54,189 nt of DNA, from contig CAZTFV010000002.1 in NCBI GenBank assembly GCA_964613075.1, positions 1 through 54,189 of the forward strand, read 5' to 3'. Positions 16,527 to 24,919 of this stretch are shown here, piece by piece. The position numbers and the translations under genes were made by a program. Source of the DNA: an uncultured Gammaproteobacteria bacterium. GTDB taxonomy: Bacteria > Patescibacteriota > Microgenomatia > Levybacterales > UBA12049. The notes under the pieces were generated by a model, which saw only the letters and a list, made by a program, of their open reading frames with translations, searched no databases and was not told where the DNA came from. Every line of letters begins with the position of its first letter. The stretch's first letter is position 1.

Positions 16527-17966
16527 TTAGTTTTCTCTCCGCCCAATTTGATATGGATCTGGAATCTTTCTTCTAGTAATGTAATCATTTTTAGGGTCAA
16601 AAATCATTTCCCACGCCTCACCCTGGTTGAGATATTCACTTTCTTTCAGTCTTTCGTAATCATTGCTATCTAGGGCTTTATCTGCCTCATCGTATCCCGC
16701 AATAAGTGTTCGTATTGCATCACCATGACCAACTACAACAGCATGAAGCGAGCCATTCTCTTCTCTTTGGCTAACAATCCGCTCTATAGTATCCCTATAT
16801 CTTTCTTGCAGATCACCTAAGCTTTCATTCCCGGCTGCGACGAGATTTGGAGTATAAACATTTCCTCCAGTCTCTGCAAAAAAGTCCTCCATTGTTTGAT
16901 ATTGCATAACGCTTGGCGCCCGAACGTCTCTGAGCTCTTTTTTCAAAACCACCGATATGTCATCCCTTACTGATCCAAGTTTTTTCAACTCGTCAACCAA
17001 TCCATTCACGGATAAGTGTGCGCGGTAAAGATCGCTGGAATAGACCTCTCCTACTTTTATTCTCCGCCGAGTAATTGCTCTTGCAACCTGCCTCATTTGC
17101 TCATGACCTTCCGGCATAATACCAACCGGTGTCTCAGAAAACTCATCCAAATTATACGGCCTTCCGTTATTATCCGTTTTACCGTGACGAACGATATACA
17201 CAATGGCTGGAGTAAACGAAACTATCCCCTCACGTACATCTTCAAAAGATATTCCAAGGCCTTTCAGCCAATCGTACGTTTGTTGCATTATCTCTCTTTG
17301 ATATTGTTCTGCCTCACGCATATGCTCCAATCCATATTTTTCAGTGTCAAAGAACGCCTGATTTGGCTGTGGATAACGCCTTGTTTCCGTATCCATATAT
17401 TTCATAAAATCCTCCATTGTGAACAAATCCCCATCAGGAGTACGTTTGCCAAGATTATCCGCAAAATTGAAGATTCGCTGCTCTGCTGACAAATCAGCAA
17501 AAGGTGTCCTTTTTTTCAGGATATCATCCACATCAACCATCCCTCTCCCAATACGATCCGTTACGCCAAGACGCTTTAGTATACTTCTTGTAACGAGATC
17601 ATTGGTATGATATGCGCTGGGTAGCGCTAATCGACCGATATCGTGAAAGAGTCCGCGGATTTCCGCTGCAACTGGGTCAGCATCCACTCCTTTTTCAGTC
17701 AATGCATTGCTTAATTCTCGAGCCAATGCTGCTGATGCATATACGTGTTCCCACCAGGACGGAAAAACATCGGGATGAGCAAAGTTTGCTGACTCTTTAA
17801 GGAACTGATACGCTGTTGCGACATCTTCAGCACCTAAGGACTGACTGGATAATAGGTTTGATTCGCGAAACAATGATTCTCCTGTTTCTATAATCCTATC
17901 CCTGCGATGCAGCATATCTTCTCTTTTTGCCAGCCTCATTTCCGTCTTTTCATTTACATTACTCAT
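16527..17966 (-). CDS. Fusion protein: N-terminal HD-superfamily phosphohydrolase domain plus C-terminal histidine phosphatase (phosphoglycerate-mutase-like) domain
   Basis: HD part: WWEHVYASAALA, GLFHDIGRLALP, NFADNLGK. Histidine phosphatase part: VYIVRHGKTDNN (RHG) and AVVVGHGDAIRTL. The protein is acidic and R/E/D-rich, unlike its K/I/F/N-rich neighbours, and the DNA is visibly more GC-rich. Confidence 0.65.
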   Translation of the reverse strand: MSNVNEKTEMRLAKREDMLHRRDRIIETGESLFRESNLLSSQSLGAEDVATAYQFLKESANFAHPDVFPSWWEHVYASAALARELSNALTEKGVDADPVAAEIRGLFHDIGRLALPSAYHTNDLVTRSILKRLGVTDRIGRGMVDVDDILKKRTPFADLSAEQRIFNFADNLGKRTPDGDLFTMEDFMKYMDTETRRYPQPNQAFFDTEKYGLEHMREAEQYQREIMQQTYDWLKGLGISFEDVREGIVSFTPAIVYIVRHGKTDNNGRPYNLDEFSETPVGIMPEGHEQMRQVARAITRRRIKVGEVYSSDLYRAHLSVNGLVDELKKLGSVRDDISVVLKKELRDVRAPSVMQYQTMEDFFAETGGNVYTPNLVAAGNESLGDLQERYRDTIERIVSQREENGSLHAVVVGHGDAIRTLIAGYDEADKALDSNDYERLKESEYLNQGEAWEMIFDPKNDYITRRKIPDPYQIGRREN

Positions 17967-17967
17967 G

Positions 17968-18951
17968 CTACCTTACCAAATGATCCCACCACTGTCTATT
18001 TTTTTTGTACCATTTAACAGTTCTTTCTATACCGTCTTCTATTGACACTAAGTGCTTCCAGCCTAAAACTTTTATTGCTTTTTTGGAAATACCAACATTT
18101 CCCATCGTTCCGGGAAGAGAGGACTCTTCAATTCTAATAAGTTTTTTATTTTTATTGAGTGCATCAAGTATCAAAAATGCAACTTCCTTTGTACTCGTAT
18201 TTTTTCCCGTCCCAATATTAAATATTTCTCCTTTTATCTTTCCCAGTGGTACATTTAGCGCGCGTTCAATAGCGCTTACATGATCGTCAACAAATAACCA
18301 ATCTCTTGTTTGTCTCCCTCCATGGTGCAGTATAATCGGAAGATTCCTCATAAGCCTTGTAATAAAAAGCGGGATCATTTTTTCTATATATTGGTAAGGT
18401 CCATATGTATTAAATGGACGGAGAATAACAACCGGAAGCTGTTGCGTTAAGTAATATGAGTAAACAAGTCTGTCTGCGGCAAGCTTTGTGACAGCATACG
18501 GACTTACAGGTACTAAAGGATGTTCTTCATTCATTTCTACTCCTTCTTGCTGATTACCATATACCTCAGAGCTTGAAATATAAATAAAATGCTCAATACC
18601 ACATTTGTAAGAGGCTTCAAGGAGACGTGACGTGCCGATGACATTACTTTTTATAAATTGTGTCGGTTTCTTAAGAGAACTTGCCACATGAGTATCTGCA
18701 GCTAAATGAATGACCGCTGAGGCCTCCTTCATTGCTTCATGAACTGCTTTCTTGCTGGCAACATCACCTTTTATAAAAAATATTCTTTTTTTATTTTTTT
18801 CTTCCCGCGGTAAGTTCTCGAATCTTCCGGCGCCTGTAATTTTGTCCAGAATAATAAATGAAAAATTACTATTCTTTAATAGTCTTCTGAGAAGATTCGT
18901 TCCTATAAAACCAAGCCCCCCGGTAATTAAAATCTTTTTTGTTTTTTTCAT
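17968..18951 (-). CDS. NDP-hexose (dTDP-glucose-type) 4,6-dehydratase, RmlB-like SDR
   Basis: ILITGGLGFIGTNL, SSSEVYG, SPYAVTKLAADRL (YxxxK), GRQTRDWLFVDDHVSAI. Confidence 0.7.
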   Translation of the reverse strand: MKKTKKILITGGLGFIGTNLLRRLLKNSNFSFIILDKITGAGRFENLPREEKNKKRIFFIKGDVASKKAVHEAMKEASAVIHLAADTHVASSLKKPTQFIKSNVIGTSRLLEASYKCGIEHFIYISSSEVYGNQQEGVEMNEEHPLVPVSPYAVTKLAADRLVYSYYLTQQLPVVILRPFNTYGPYQYIEKMIPLFITRLMRNLPIILHHGGRQTRDWLFVDDHVSAIERALNVPLGKIKGEIFNIGTGKNTSTKEVAFLILDALNKNKKLIRIEESSLPGTMGNVGISKKAIKVLGWKHLVSIEDGIERTVKWYKKNRQWWDHLVR

Positions 18952-19005
18952 GTACTACATACCCTTATAATGTTCACTATATTAGCGAAGAATGATAGCT
19001 GTTGT

Positions 19006-20088
19006 CTATAGGCGTTCTTTGAGACGTATGAATGCTTCATGGATTCGACTCGAATCCAACGGTCGATATTCATTCACCTTCTTTTGAAAATGCAACTTCC
19101 CAACTGCTTTCGCAAGACTTATTCGAAGATAATAGATCCAGTAAGATCGTTGAAAATCCTCAGGAAGGTTTCTTTCAGACGTGTACCCTTGCAAGAAATA
19201 GTCAAACCATGAAGGATGAGAGAATGTACCTGAACCGAAATACGCAAGATCATAGATTGGATCACCAGAGCATGCGTCTTCCCAATCAACAATTGCTGTT
19301 ATCTTCTTGTTTTTTACGAAAACATTATGATTTGCTAGATCGCCATGAAGTAACACCGGATTGACTTTTGTTAGATGATCAAATGCCCTATCCAAAATAG
19401 TATGTATCTCTTCTCCTTCTTGTCTCCGTAGAGTTTTGTGTTTAACTAAAACATTTATATGAGAATCAAGTTGAGTTCGCAAATAGTCTTCCCATCGTTT
19501 ATGAATACCTGTCAGCCTCTTTCCGGTCTTAAGCTTTGAAATCTGGAATGGACCATAGTCACATGTCTCAACTCTATGAATTTTTGCTACAAATTTCCCA
19601 AATTGAATGAAAAGTTCGTTAGCATTTTCGTTCCTTTTTACAATTTCTGATAATAACTCACCACGTACCGCAGTAGCGATACAATAATCAAAAGGGGCCG
19701 TTAATTTTGATAAGTCAATGAAGATCACTTTAACAGAGGGTACCATGTTCTTTTCCATCACACCCATTATCGATTTCTCCAAGATAAAATGAAGAGCGGA
19801 GAAATATACATGATGCTGTAATCGTATTGCATATTTTTCCTGACCCTTATGAAATTCCAAAATAGTATGAAATGTTCCTTTGTTAATTGTTATCTTTCTC
19901 ACTTTTCCTCCATGTTTTTCAACAATCAACCTAAAGAGAGAATAAAGGGCCTGCAGATTTAGTTTTTCCAAAGAAAACTGTGAAATAATTGATGGAATAT
20001 CACTTTTGAAGATAAAGCACTTCTTTTGGAGATTTGTGAATTCCTTTATCTTTTGAGAAGTCAACCCAACGATACTAGAGGTGGTCAT
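19006..20088 (-). CDS. APH/choline-kinase-fold phosphotransferase (possible anomeric sugar kinase)
   Basis: Catalytic loop LLHGDLANHNVFV (HxDxxxxN) and metal-binding IVDWEDACSGDPIYDLAY. 360 aa. Confidence 0.7.
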   Translation of the reverse strand: MTTSSIVGLTSQKIKEFTNLQKKCFIFKSDIPSIISQFSLEKLNLQALYSLFRLIVEKHGGKVRKITINKGTFHTILEFHKGQEKYAIRLQHHVYFSALHFILEKSIMGVMEKNMVPSVKVIFIDLSKLTAPFDYCIATAVRGELLSEIVKRNENANELFIQFGKFVAKIHRVETCDYGPFQISKLKTGKRLTGIHKRWEDYLRTQLDSHINVLVKHKTLRRQEGEEIHTILDRAFDHLTKVNPVLLHGDLANHNVFVKNKKITAIVDWEDACSGDPIYDLAYFGSGTFSHPSWFDYFLQGYTSERNLPEDFQRSYWIYYLRISLAKAVGKLHFQKKVNEYRPLDSSRIHEAFIRLKERL

Positions 20089-21001
20089 ACCTAAGAATCT
20101 TGTTCATTGTCTGGGTTCTCATCTTGATCTCTCTATATTCAACCCTTGAGAGTTCCTCCATCGTCTTCATATTGGACTTTGGTGTTGGAATCCGAATAGT
20201 ACCCCATGGAACGATGCCATCAAGCTTCCTGCCGTTCCATGACGGATATTCGAGCGTTTTCTCATATGAAATACCCAGCTTTTTTGTCAGTGATTTAAAA
20301 AGCTTCTTCGGGTCTGCCACGAGGTCTTCGAATCGTACAATATGAAAATTGTCGGGGTATAAATCTGCAAAGTGCAATGCAAGTAACTGAACAATACTCC
20401 ATGTTTGGACGTACCGCGAAATGCTATATGGAACAGGTCGTTTTTTTGTATCAGAATAAGCAGAATACGGATTGCGAATGACATGGATGATATGACCGTT
20501 GGGAAAATCTGTAAAGATCTTTTCCGCGTCGATTCCGATAATAGGACTATACCCTACATACGCAATTTCTTTTCCCGACGTATTATAATCCTTCCAGGCC
20601 ATAAATGTCGCTTGGAAAAATGCCTGGACAATATTCGCACGTGTTCGTGACTTATTTTTTAACAATTTCAGAAAAATCTTTTTTCTATCTTTATCATCAA
20701 GTTTCATATCGGCCGATTTAAATTTACTCGCAAACGGAGTTTTCACATGACGTTTCAATTCTTCATCGATAATTAACTCATAGTCTTCATCAATTCTTCC
20801 CGATAACGAAAATTCTGGCCAGCGATATTTCACCGGGAAGACTGAGCTAAGATAGTCGTTGACAAGAGACGTTCCTGGTTGGGATTCGAAAGGATAGACA
20901 AAAAGCTGCGGATGACCGTCGAGGAAGCGATGTGTCGTGTTTCCGCCATTTTCATACATAGCAGAAATCATAATTAGCTTAAAATTATGTGATTTTCTCA
21001 T
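20075..21001 (-). CDS. Sulfotransferase-fold protein (P-loop-like PAPS-binding motifs partly degenerate)
   Basis: 5'-PSB-like MISAMYENGGNTTHRFLDGHPQLFV and 3'-PB-like IIHVIRNPYSAYSDTK. 308 aa, no TM segment. Confidence 0.5.
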   Translation of the reverse strand: MRKSHNFKLIMISAMYENGGNTTHRFLDGHPQLFVYPFESQPGTSLVNDYLSSVFPVKYRWPEFSLSGRIDEDYELIIDEELKRHVKTPFASKFKSADMKLDDKDRKKIFLKLLKNKSRTRANIVQAFFQATFMAWKDYNTSGKEIAYVGYSPIIGIDAEKIFTDFPNGHIIHVIRNPYSAYSDTKKRPVPYSISRYVQTWSIVQLLALHFADLYPDNFHIVRFEDLVADPKKLFKSLTKKLGISYEKTLEYPSWNGRKLDGIVPWGTIRIPTPKSNMKTMEELSRVEYREIKMRTQTMNKILRYDHL

Positions 21002-21044
21002 AATTTATGACGCAAGAAATAATATCATAAGTGCATTACCATTG

Positions 21045-21746
21045 CTAGATGAAAAATGAATGTTTTTTAAAATAATAATGAAGCATGTACGTAATCATTT
21101 CCCTTACTGATTTCAGATTCGTCGTTGACATTCCATGCGACCTTTTCCCAGATTTTGCAGGAATTTCCAACCACCTATAGCCCTGTGACTTCATCTTTAG
21201 CATCAATTCTAAATCAAAAGTAATATTGTATGAAGAAAGTGAGATATGGTCAAACACTTCATTTTTTAGAACTTTTGGGGTTCCGTTTATGTCCTGGCTG
21301 GGAATCCGAAACATCATATACGAGAGCATATTATAAAAACGAGAGTTTATAAATCGTGTTGCATTTTCTCGTTTGACTCTTTTTATTTTCACCATACTCA
21401 CATCTGTTTTCAGTATAAGATCGTACACTTCAACCAAATATTTCGAATCTACTTGTCCATCAGTAACCATATACGAAATATATTGCCCTTGTGCGTACCT
21501 CAGACCTTTTCGAACTGCGTTACCCCATCCTTTTTTTGATTGAACAACGAGGAGCTGCTTATATTTTTTCTTTAAGCTCCTTAAAAGTTGGTAACTATTG
21601 TCAGTTGACCCGTTCTCCACGCAAATAAGTTCAAAAGAAATTGAATGTTTGTGGAGGAGTTCTATCAGTTCGCTTAAAAATACTTCTATACCCCCTTCTT
21701 CATTGTGGACAGGAAGAATTACTGAAAGATCTACTTTTTTCTTCAT
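21045..21746 (-). CDS. GT2, Dpm1-like soluble polyprenyl-phosphate glycosyltransferase candidate
   Basis: LSVILPVHNEEGGI, LICVENGSTDNS, KKGWGNAVRKGL, MVTDGQ. Confidence 0.7.
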   Translation of the reverse strand: MKKKVDLSVILPVHNEEGGIEVFLSELIELLHKHSISFELICVENGSTDNSYQLLRSLKKKYKQLLVVQSKKGWGNAVRKGLRYAQGQYISYMVTDGQVDSKYLVEVYDLILKTDVSMVKIKRVKRENATRFINSRFYNMLSYMMFRIPSQDINGTPKVLKNEVFDHISLSSYNITFDLELMLKMKSQGYRWLEIPAKSGKRSHGMSTTNLKSVREMITYMLHYYFKKHSFFI

Positions 21747-23191
21747 GGAGATGACGCTTCATTTAAAAAGTAAATTTCTATTCCATTGAAGCTTTTCTGT
21801 ACCGTGTAGTTTTTATGAAGGTATGAGATAAATTTCCAATCCTTCAATTCCGGCCAATTCGTTGGCAAATTTTTATCCCACACAACGACTTTAGGCGGAT
21901 CTTTCGTAATGTCTGCAAATGTTTCGTCATACGGATAATATACCCATGGCAAACCATCTATATATTTATTATGATGTTTTCTATTTGAAAGACGCATAAT
22001 CGTATTGCTTGCCGTGTTGAAAATTTTTATATCTTGAGAAGTGTTTTTAGCTAACCACTCTGCCACCTTCATGTCATTTGGACTATCCTCATAAATATAA
22101 GGCAGGAGGCTTATTCCGTAATTTTTGATAAATGACTCATATTGTTTCAAAAAATAACCATAGAAAGCAATGAAACTCAGAGCGCCGATTATAAGAATCG
22201 CAAATGAAATATTTTTTCTCTGTATATTTGTTTTCTCAGAAAGTGTTAAAAGTACATAGGCAGCCGCAATGCTTACCAAAGGAAGTGCTGTGTTAAGCCG
22301 GTAAGACCAGAATGAGGGAAGTAAGGTTGGGATCATTCCAATAATCGATATAACAATTAAAAATTTAATCTGCCTTGGGATTTGGGTTATTTTTAATAGC
22401 GCAAAAGGAATAACTATAGATGCATATAAAGAAAGCATTCTCATTCCTTCGTTAAACCCCCATTTCCCGGCAGCCTCACGATAAATAAAAAGGTTGAAAT
22501 AAATCGCATAATAATAGTAGTCATCCAAAGCATTATTAAAAAACAGATATAAAACCAGAAATAAATAACTGATAAAAACTCCGAAAAAGTACACAAAGGC
22601 TTTTTTAAGTATTCCTTTCTTTAGATAAAAAACCACAAGCGTTACTGTAATAGCGCCAATAATTCCTATCGATGTTTGCTTTGTAACCAAAGCTGCTCCT
22701 GAAAAAACTCCAGATAAAAACAATAACTTTGCATTATTACCTTTGCCGAATTGCCAAAAGAAAAGAACCGATAGAAGTATAAAAAGGCTTACTAATGCTT
22801 CTCCTATTTGGGTATTCATAAAAAGCGGAAATAAAAGAATAATATAAATATAAAATGCCGTAACTGCCAATTTTAAAGATTCTTTTCTTAATCCAAAGAA
22901 GATAGTTAACGAAATCACAAGATACATGACCAGAGAAAAAACCCGCAGTACAAAGGCATGAATACCAAAAAGCTTAAAGACTCCTGCAAGTAAAAAAATA
23001 TCCAGCGGGTTCCGAATCCACTCAAAATCTCTATACGGCACTTCTCCGTTTAGAATAAGCCATGGCCTGTGCATTACTTCACTTCCCACCTGAAAAGGAA
23101 GAAGAAAGATATTAAAGAAAATCCAAAAAATCCCAGGAACTATTAACAGTAAATATTTTTTTGTCAAATCACTCAAATAGTACACTATCAA
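21743..23191 (-). CDS. Polytopic membrane protein, GT-C-like (ArnT/PMT-style) candidate
   Basis: 482 aa with more than ten hydrophobic spans. The loop after TM1 is acidic (GSEVMHRPWLILNGEVPYRDFEW). The start is uncertain: TTG at 23191 or GTG at 23185, with no ATG before TM1. Confidence 0.5.
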   Translation of the reverse strand: MIVYYLSDLTKKYLLLIVPGIFWIFFNIFLLPFQVGSEVMHRPWLILNGEVPYRDFEWIRNPLDIFLLAGVFKLFGIHAFVLRVFSLVMYLVISLTIFFGLRKESLKLAVTAFYIYIILLFPLFMNTQIGEALVSLFILLSVLFFWQFGKGNNAKLLFLSGVFSGAALVTKQTSIGIIGAITVTLVVFYLKKGILKKAFVYFFGVFISYLFLVLYLFFNNALDDYYYYAIYFNLFIYREAAGKWGFNEGMRMLSLYASIVIPFALLKITQIPRQIKFLIVISIIGMIPTLLPSFWSYRLNTALPLVSIAAAYVLLTLSEKTNIQRKNISFAILIIGALSFIAFYGYFLKQYESFIKNYGISLLPYIYEDSPNDMKVAEWLAKNTSQDIKIFNTASNTIMRLSNRKHHNKYIDGLPWVYYPYDETFADITKDPPKVVVWDKNLPTNWPELKDWKFISYLHKNYTVQKSFNGIEIYFLNEASSP

Positions 23192-23220
23192 TTGAAAATA
23201 TTCAATTTCAATTATATAAT
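23192..23220 (+). promoter_or_regulatory. Near-consensus sigma-70-type promoter TTGAAA-17 nt-TATAAT, positioned for a leaderless transcript
   Basis: TTGAAA at 23192-23197, 17-nt spacer, TATAAT at 23215-23220. Only 6 nt (cccctt) precede the ATG at 23227. Palindrome ATTGAA-aata-TTCAAT at 23191-23206 overlaps the -35 box. Confidence 0.55.
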
Positions 23221-23226
23221 CCCCTT

Positions 23227-24174
23227 ATGAATAAAAATTGGGTCGTGATTACCTCTTTATTGATATTGATAATAGCAATAGTGGGACTATCTTATATTAA
23301 AGAACAGTCAAAAAAAATAAATAAGACTTCAACTTTAGTTGTTAAAACAATTAAGAAAATTAACAAAACCTCTGATCCAATTATTCTTGCTGCTGGTGAT
23401 TTACATTGTGGTTATAAGTTGAATGAAGGCACTAGAACTGCAGAACTTATAGAAAAAGTTCCGGAGGCAAAAGTCCTAGCATTAGGTGACTTAAGCGAGG
23501 ATGGCTTAAGAAATGAGTTTTTTGACTGCTATGAGAAGACGTGGGGAAAATTTAAAGATAGAACCTATCCTACATTAGGAAACCATGAGTTACACAAAAT
23601 AGAAACTCCGGGTCAAGCTTATTTTGCATACTTTGGTGAAAGAGTGGGAAAAATAGGGGAGGGAAATTATAGTTTTAATAAAGGAAAATGGCATCTTATT
23701 TCAATTAACAGTATGCCTTGCTCTTTTGGTATTGAAGAGTGTCAATCTACTCTAGAATGGCTTAAGAAAGATTTAGAATCAAATTCTTCAAAGTGCACTC
23801 TTTTATTTATGCATTACCCAAGATTTAGCTCTGGTGCCAATAATACCGATCCTACCATGGAACCTATCTGGGACGTACTCTATGCAAATAATGTTGACGT
23901 AGTCCTGAGTGGACACGATCATGACTATGAAAGACTTGCGCTTATGGATCCAAAAGGAAATATCGATAAAAAGAAAGGGATAAGAGGGTTTGTAGTTGGT
24001 ACAGCTGGGCACACTATTGGCTTTTCGGCAAAAGTTGCCCCTAATAGTGAAGTCAGGCAAACTGATGTAATTGGGATATTAAAAATGGCTTTACATGATG
24101 ATTCTTATGAGTGGGAGTATATTCCGGAAGATGGACAGACATTTAGTGATTATGGAAATGAAAAATGTAGATAG
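23227..24174 (+). CDS. Membrane-anchored calcineurin-like metallophosphoesterase (purple-acid-phosphatase-like)
   Basis: Start set at ATG 23227 (MNKNWVVITSLLILIIAIVGLS is an N-terminal anchor or signal). Motifs AAGDLHCG, ALGDLSEDG, GNHE, MHYP, GHDHDYER. Confidence 0.75.
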   Translation: MNKNWVVITSLLILIIAIVGLSYIKEQSKKINKTSTLVVKTIKKINKTSDPIILAAGDLHCGYKLNEGTRTAELIEKVPEAKVLALGDLSEDGLRNEFFDCYEKTWGKFKDRTYPTLGNHELHKIETPGQAYFAYFGERVGKIGEGNYSFNKGKWHLISINSMPCSFGIEECQSTLEWLKKDLESNSSKCTLLFMHYPRFSSGANNTDPTMEPIWDVLYANNVDVVLSGHDHDYERLALMDPKGNIDKKKGIRGFVVGTAGHTIGFSAKVAPNSEVRQTDVIGILKMALHDDSYEWEYIPEDGQTFSDYGNEKCR

Positions 24175-24178
24175 AATT

Positions 24179-24859
24179 TTACCTTGAATACTTCCAAAGA
24201 GCAGTAATTAATTTAAACGCATGATGCCAGCGAATATTTTTCCCTTCTTTATGTGAACGAGGGAGGTATGCAATAGGGACTTCTCTTACTTTAAATCCGG
24301 CTCTGACGATCTTTGCAGTCAGTTCTGCTTCTATTTCAAATCCGTTTGTTTCTATCGGTTTTATCTTGTTATAAACTCTTCTTGTCATTACTTTTGCTCC
24401 TGTTATAGAGTCGGTCAGATTCCTTCTGAGAATTATTCTAAATAACGTATTTATAAATACCCCTCCCAAGAAGTATGTTTGGGAAGAATATTTGTTTTTC
24501 TTATTTAATCGTCTCGATCCATACACCACATCTGAAGAGTTATTCAAAATTGGTTCTAATAATACGGGGATATTATCACAACTATATTCCAGATCATCAT
24601 CTTGAATAAGCAAAATATCTCCAGTTGCTTTTTTAAAACCAGTTCTTAAAGCCCCGCCTTTCCCAGTATTTTTTTTGTGATATACATAGATGATTCCTTT
24701 CATCTTTTTAATTCTCTCATAGGAAGTACCTAAAGAAGCATCATTAACAATGATAATTTCTTTTTCGACCTTAGGAACCTTTATTTTCTTTATTTCTTTT
24801 AACAACGAGGTAAGTCTCTGGCTGTTATTATACGAAGGAATAATAATTGATAACTTCAT
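24179..24859 (-). CDS. GT2, Dpm1-like soluble polyprenyl-phosphate glycosyltransferase candidate
   Basis: LSIIIPSYNN, IIIVNDAS, NTGKGGALRTGF, IQDDDLEYS. Confidence 0.7.
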   Translation of the reverse strand: MKLSIIIPSYNNSQRLTSLLKEIKKIKVPKVEKEIIIVNDASLGTSYERIKKMKGIIYVYHKKNTGKGGALRTGFKKATGDILLIQDDDLEYSCDNIPVLLEPILNNSSDVVYGSRRLNKKNKYSSQTYFLGGVFINTLFRIILRRNLTDSITGAKVMTRRVYNKIKPIETNGFEIEAELTAKIVRAGFKVREVPIAYLPRSHKEGKNIRWHHAFKLITALWKYSR

Positions 24860-24879
24860 GATTCAATACATATCGGTTG

Positions 24880-24909
24880 TTGACATTTTTCCAAAGCGCC
24901 TGGTATAGT
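24880..24909 (+). promoter_or_regulatory. Sigma-70-type promoter TTGACA-18 nt-TATAGT with TGn extended -10
   Basis: TTGACA at 24880-24885, TGG at 24901-24903, TATAGT at 24904-24909. The GTG start at 24920 is only 10 nt downstream, with no Shine-Dalgarno sequence. Confidence 0.55.
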
Positions 24910-24919
24910 AGTTCATATT

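Noticed and set aside
17016-17489. 157-aa plus-strand ORF, plus similar antisense ORFs in the track (4964..5347, 19032..19364, 32818..33138, 34627..34932, 40308..40667, 45603..45941 and others)
   Set aside because: Each lies wholly inside a longer opposite-strand ORF that has clear family motifs. Their products are low-complexity or Cys/Phe/Leu-rich shadow translations with no motifs.
16527-17966. HD-domain protein as part of a defence system (Cas3-like or dNTPase-like HD nuclease)
   Set aside because: There are no helicase, cas or other defence genes nearby. The HD domain is fused to a histidine phosphatase, and the gene is embedded in a sugar-modification operon with 1- to 3-nt gaps on either side.
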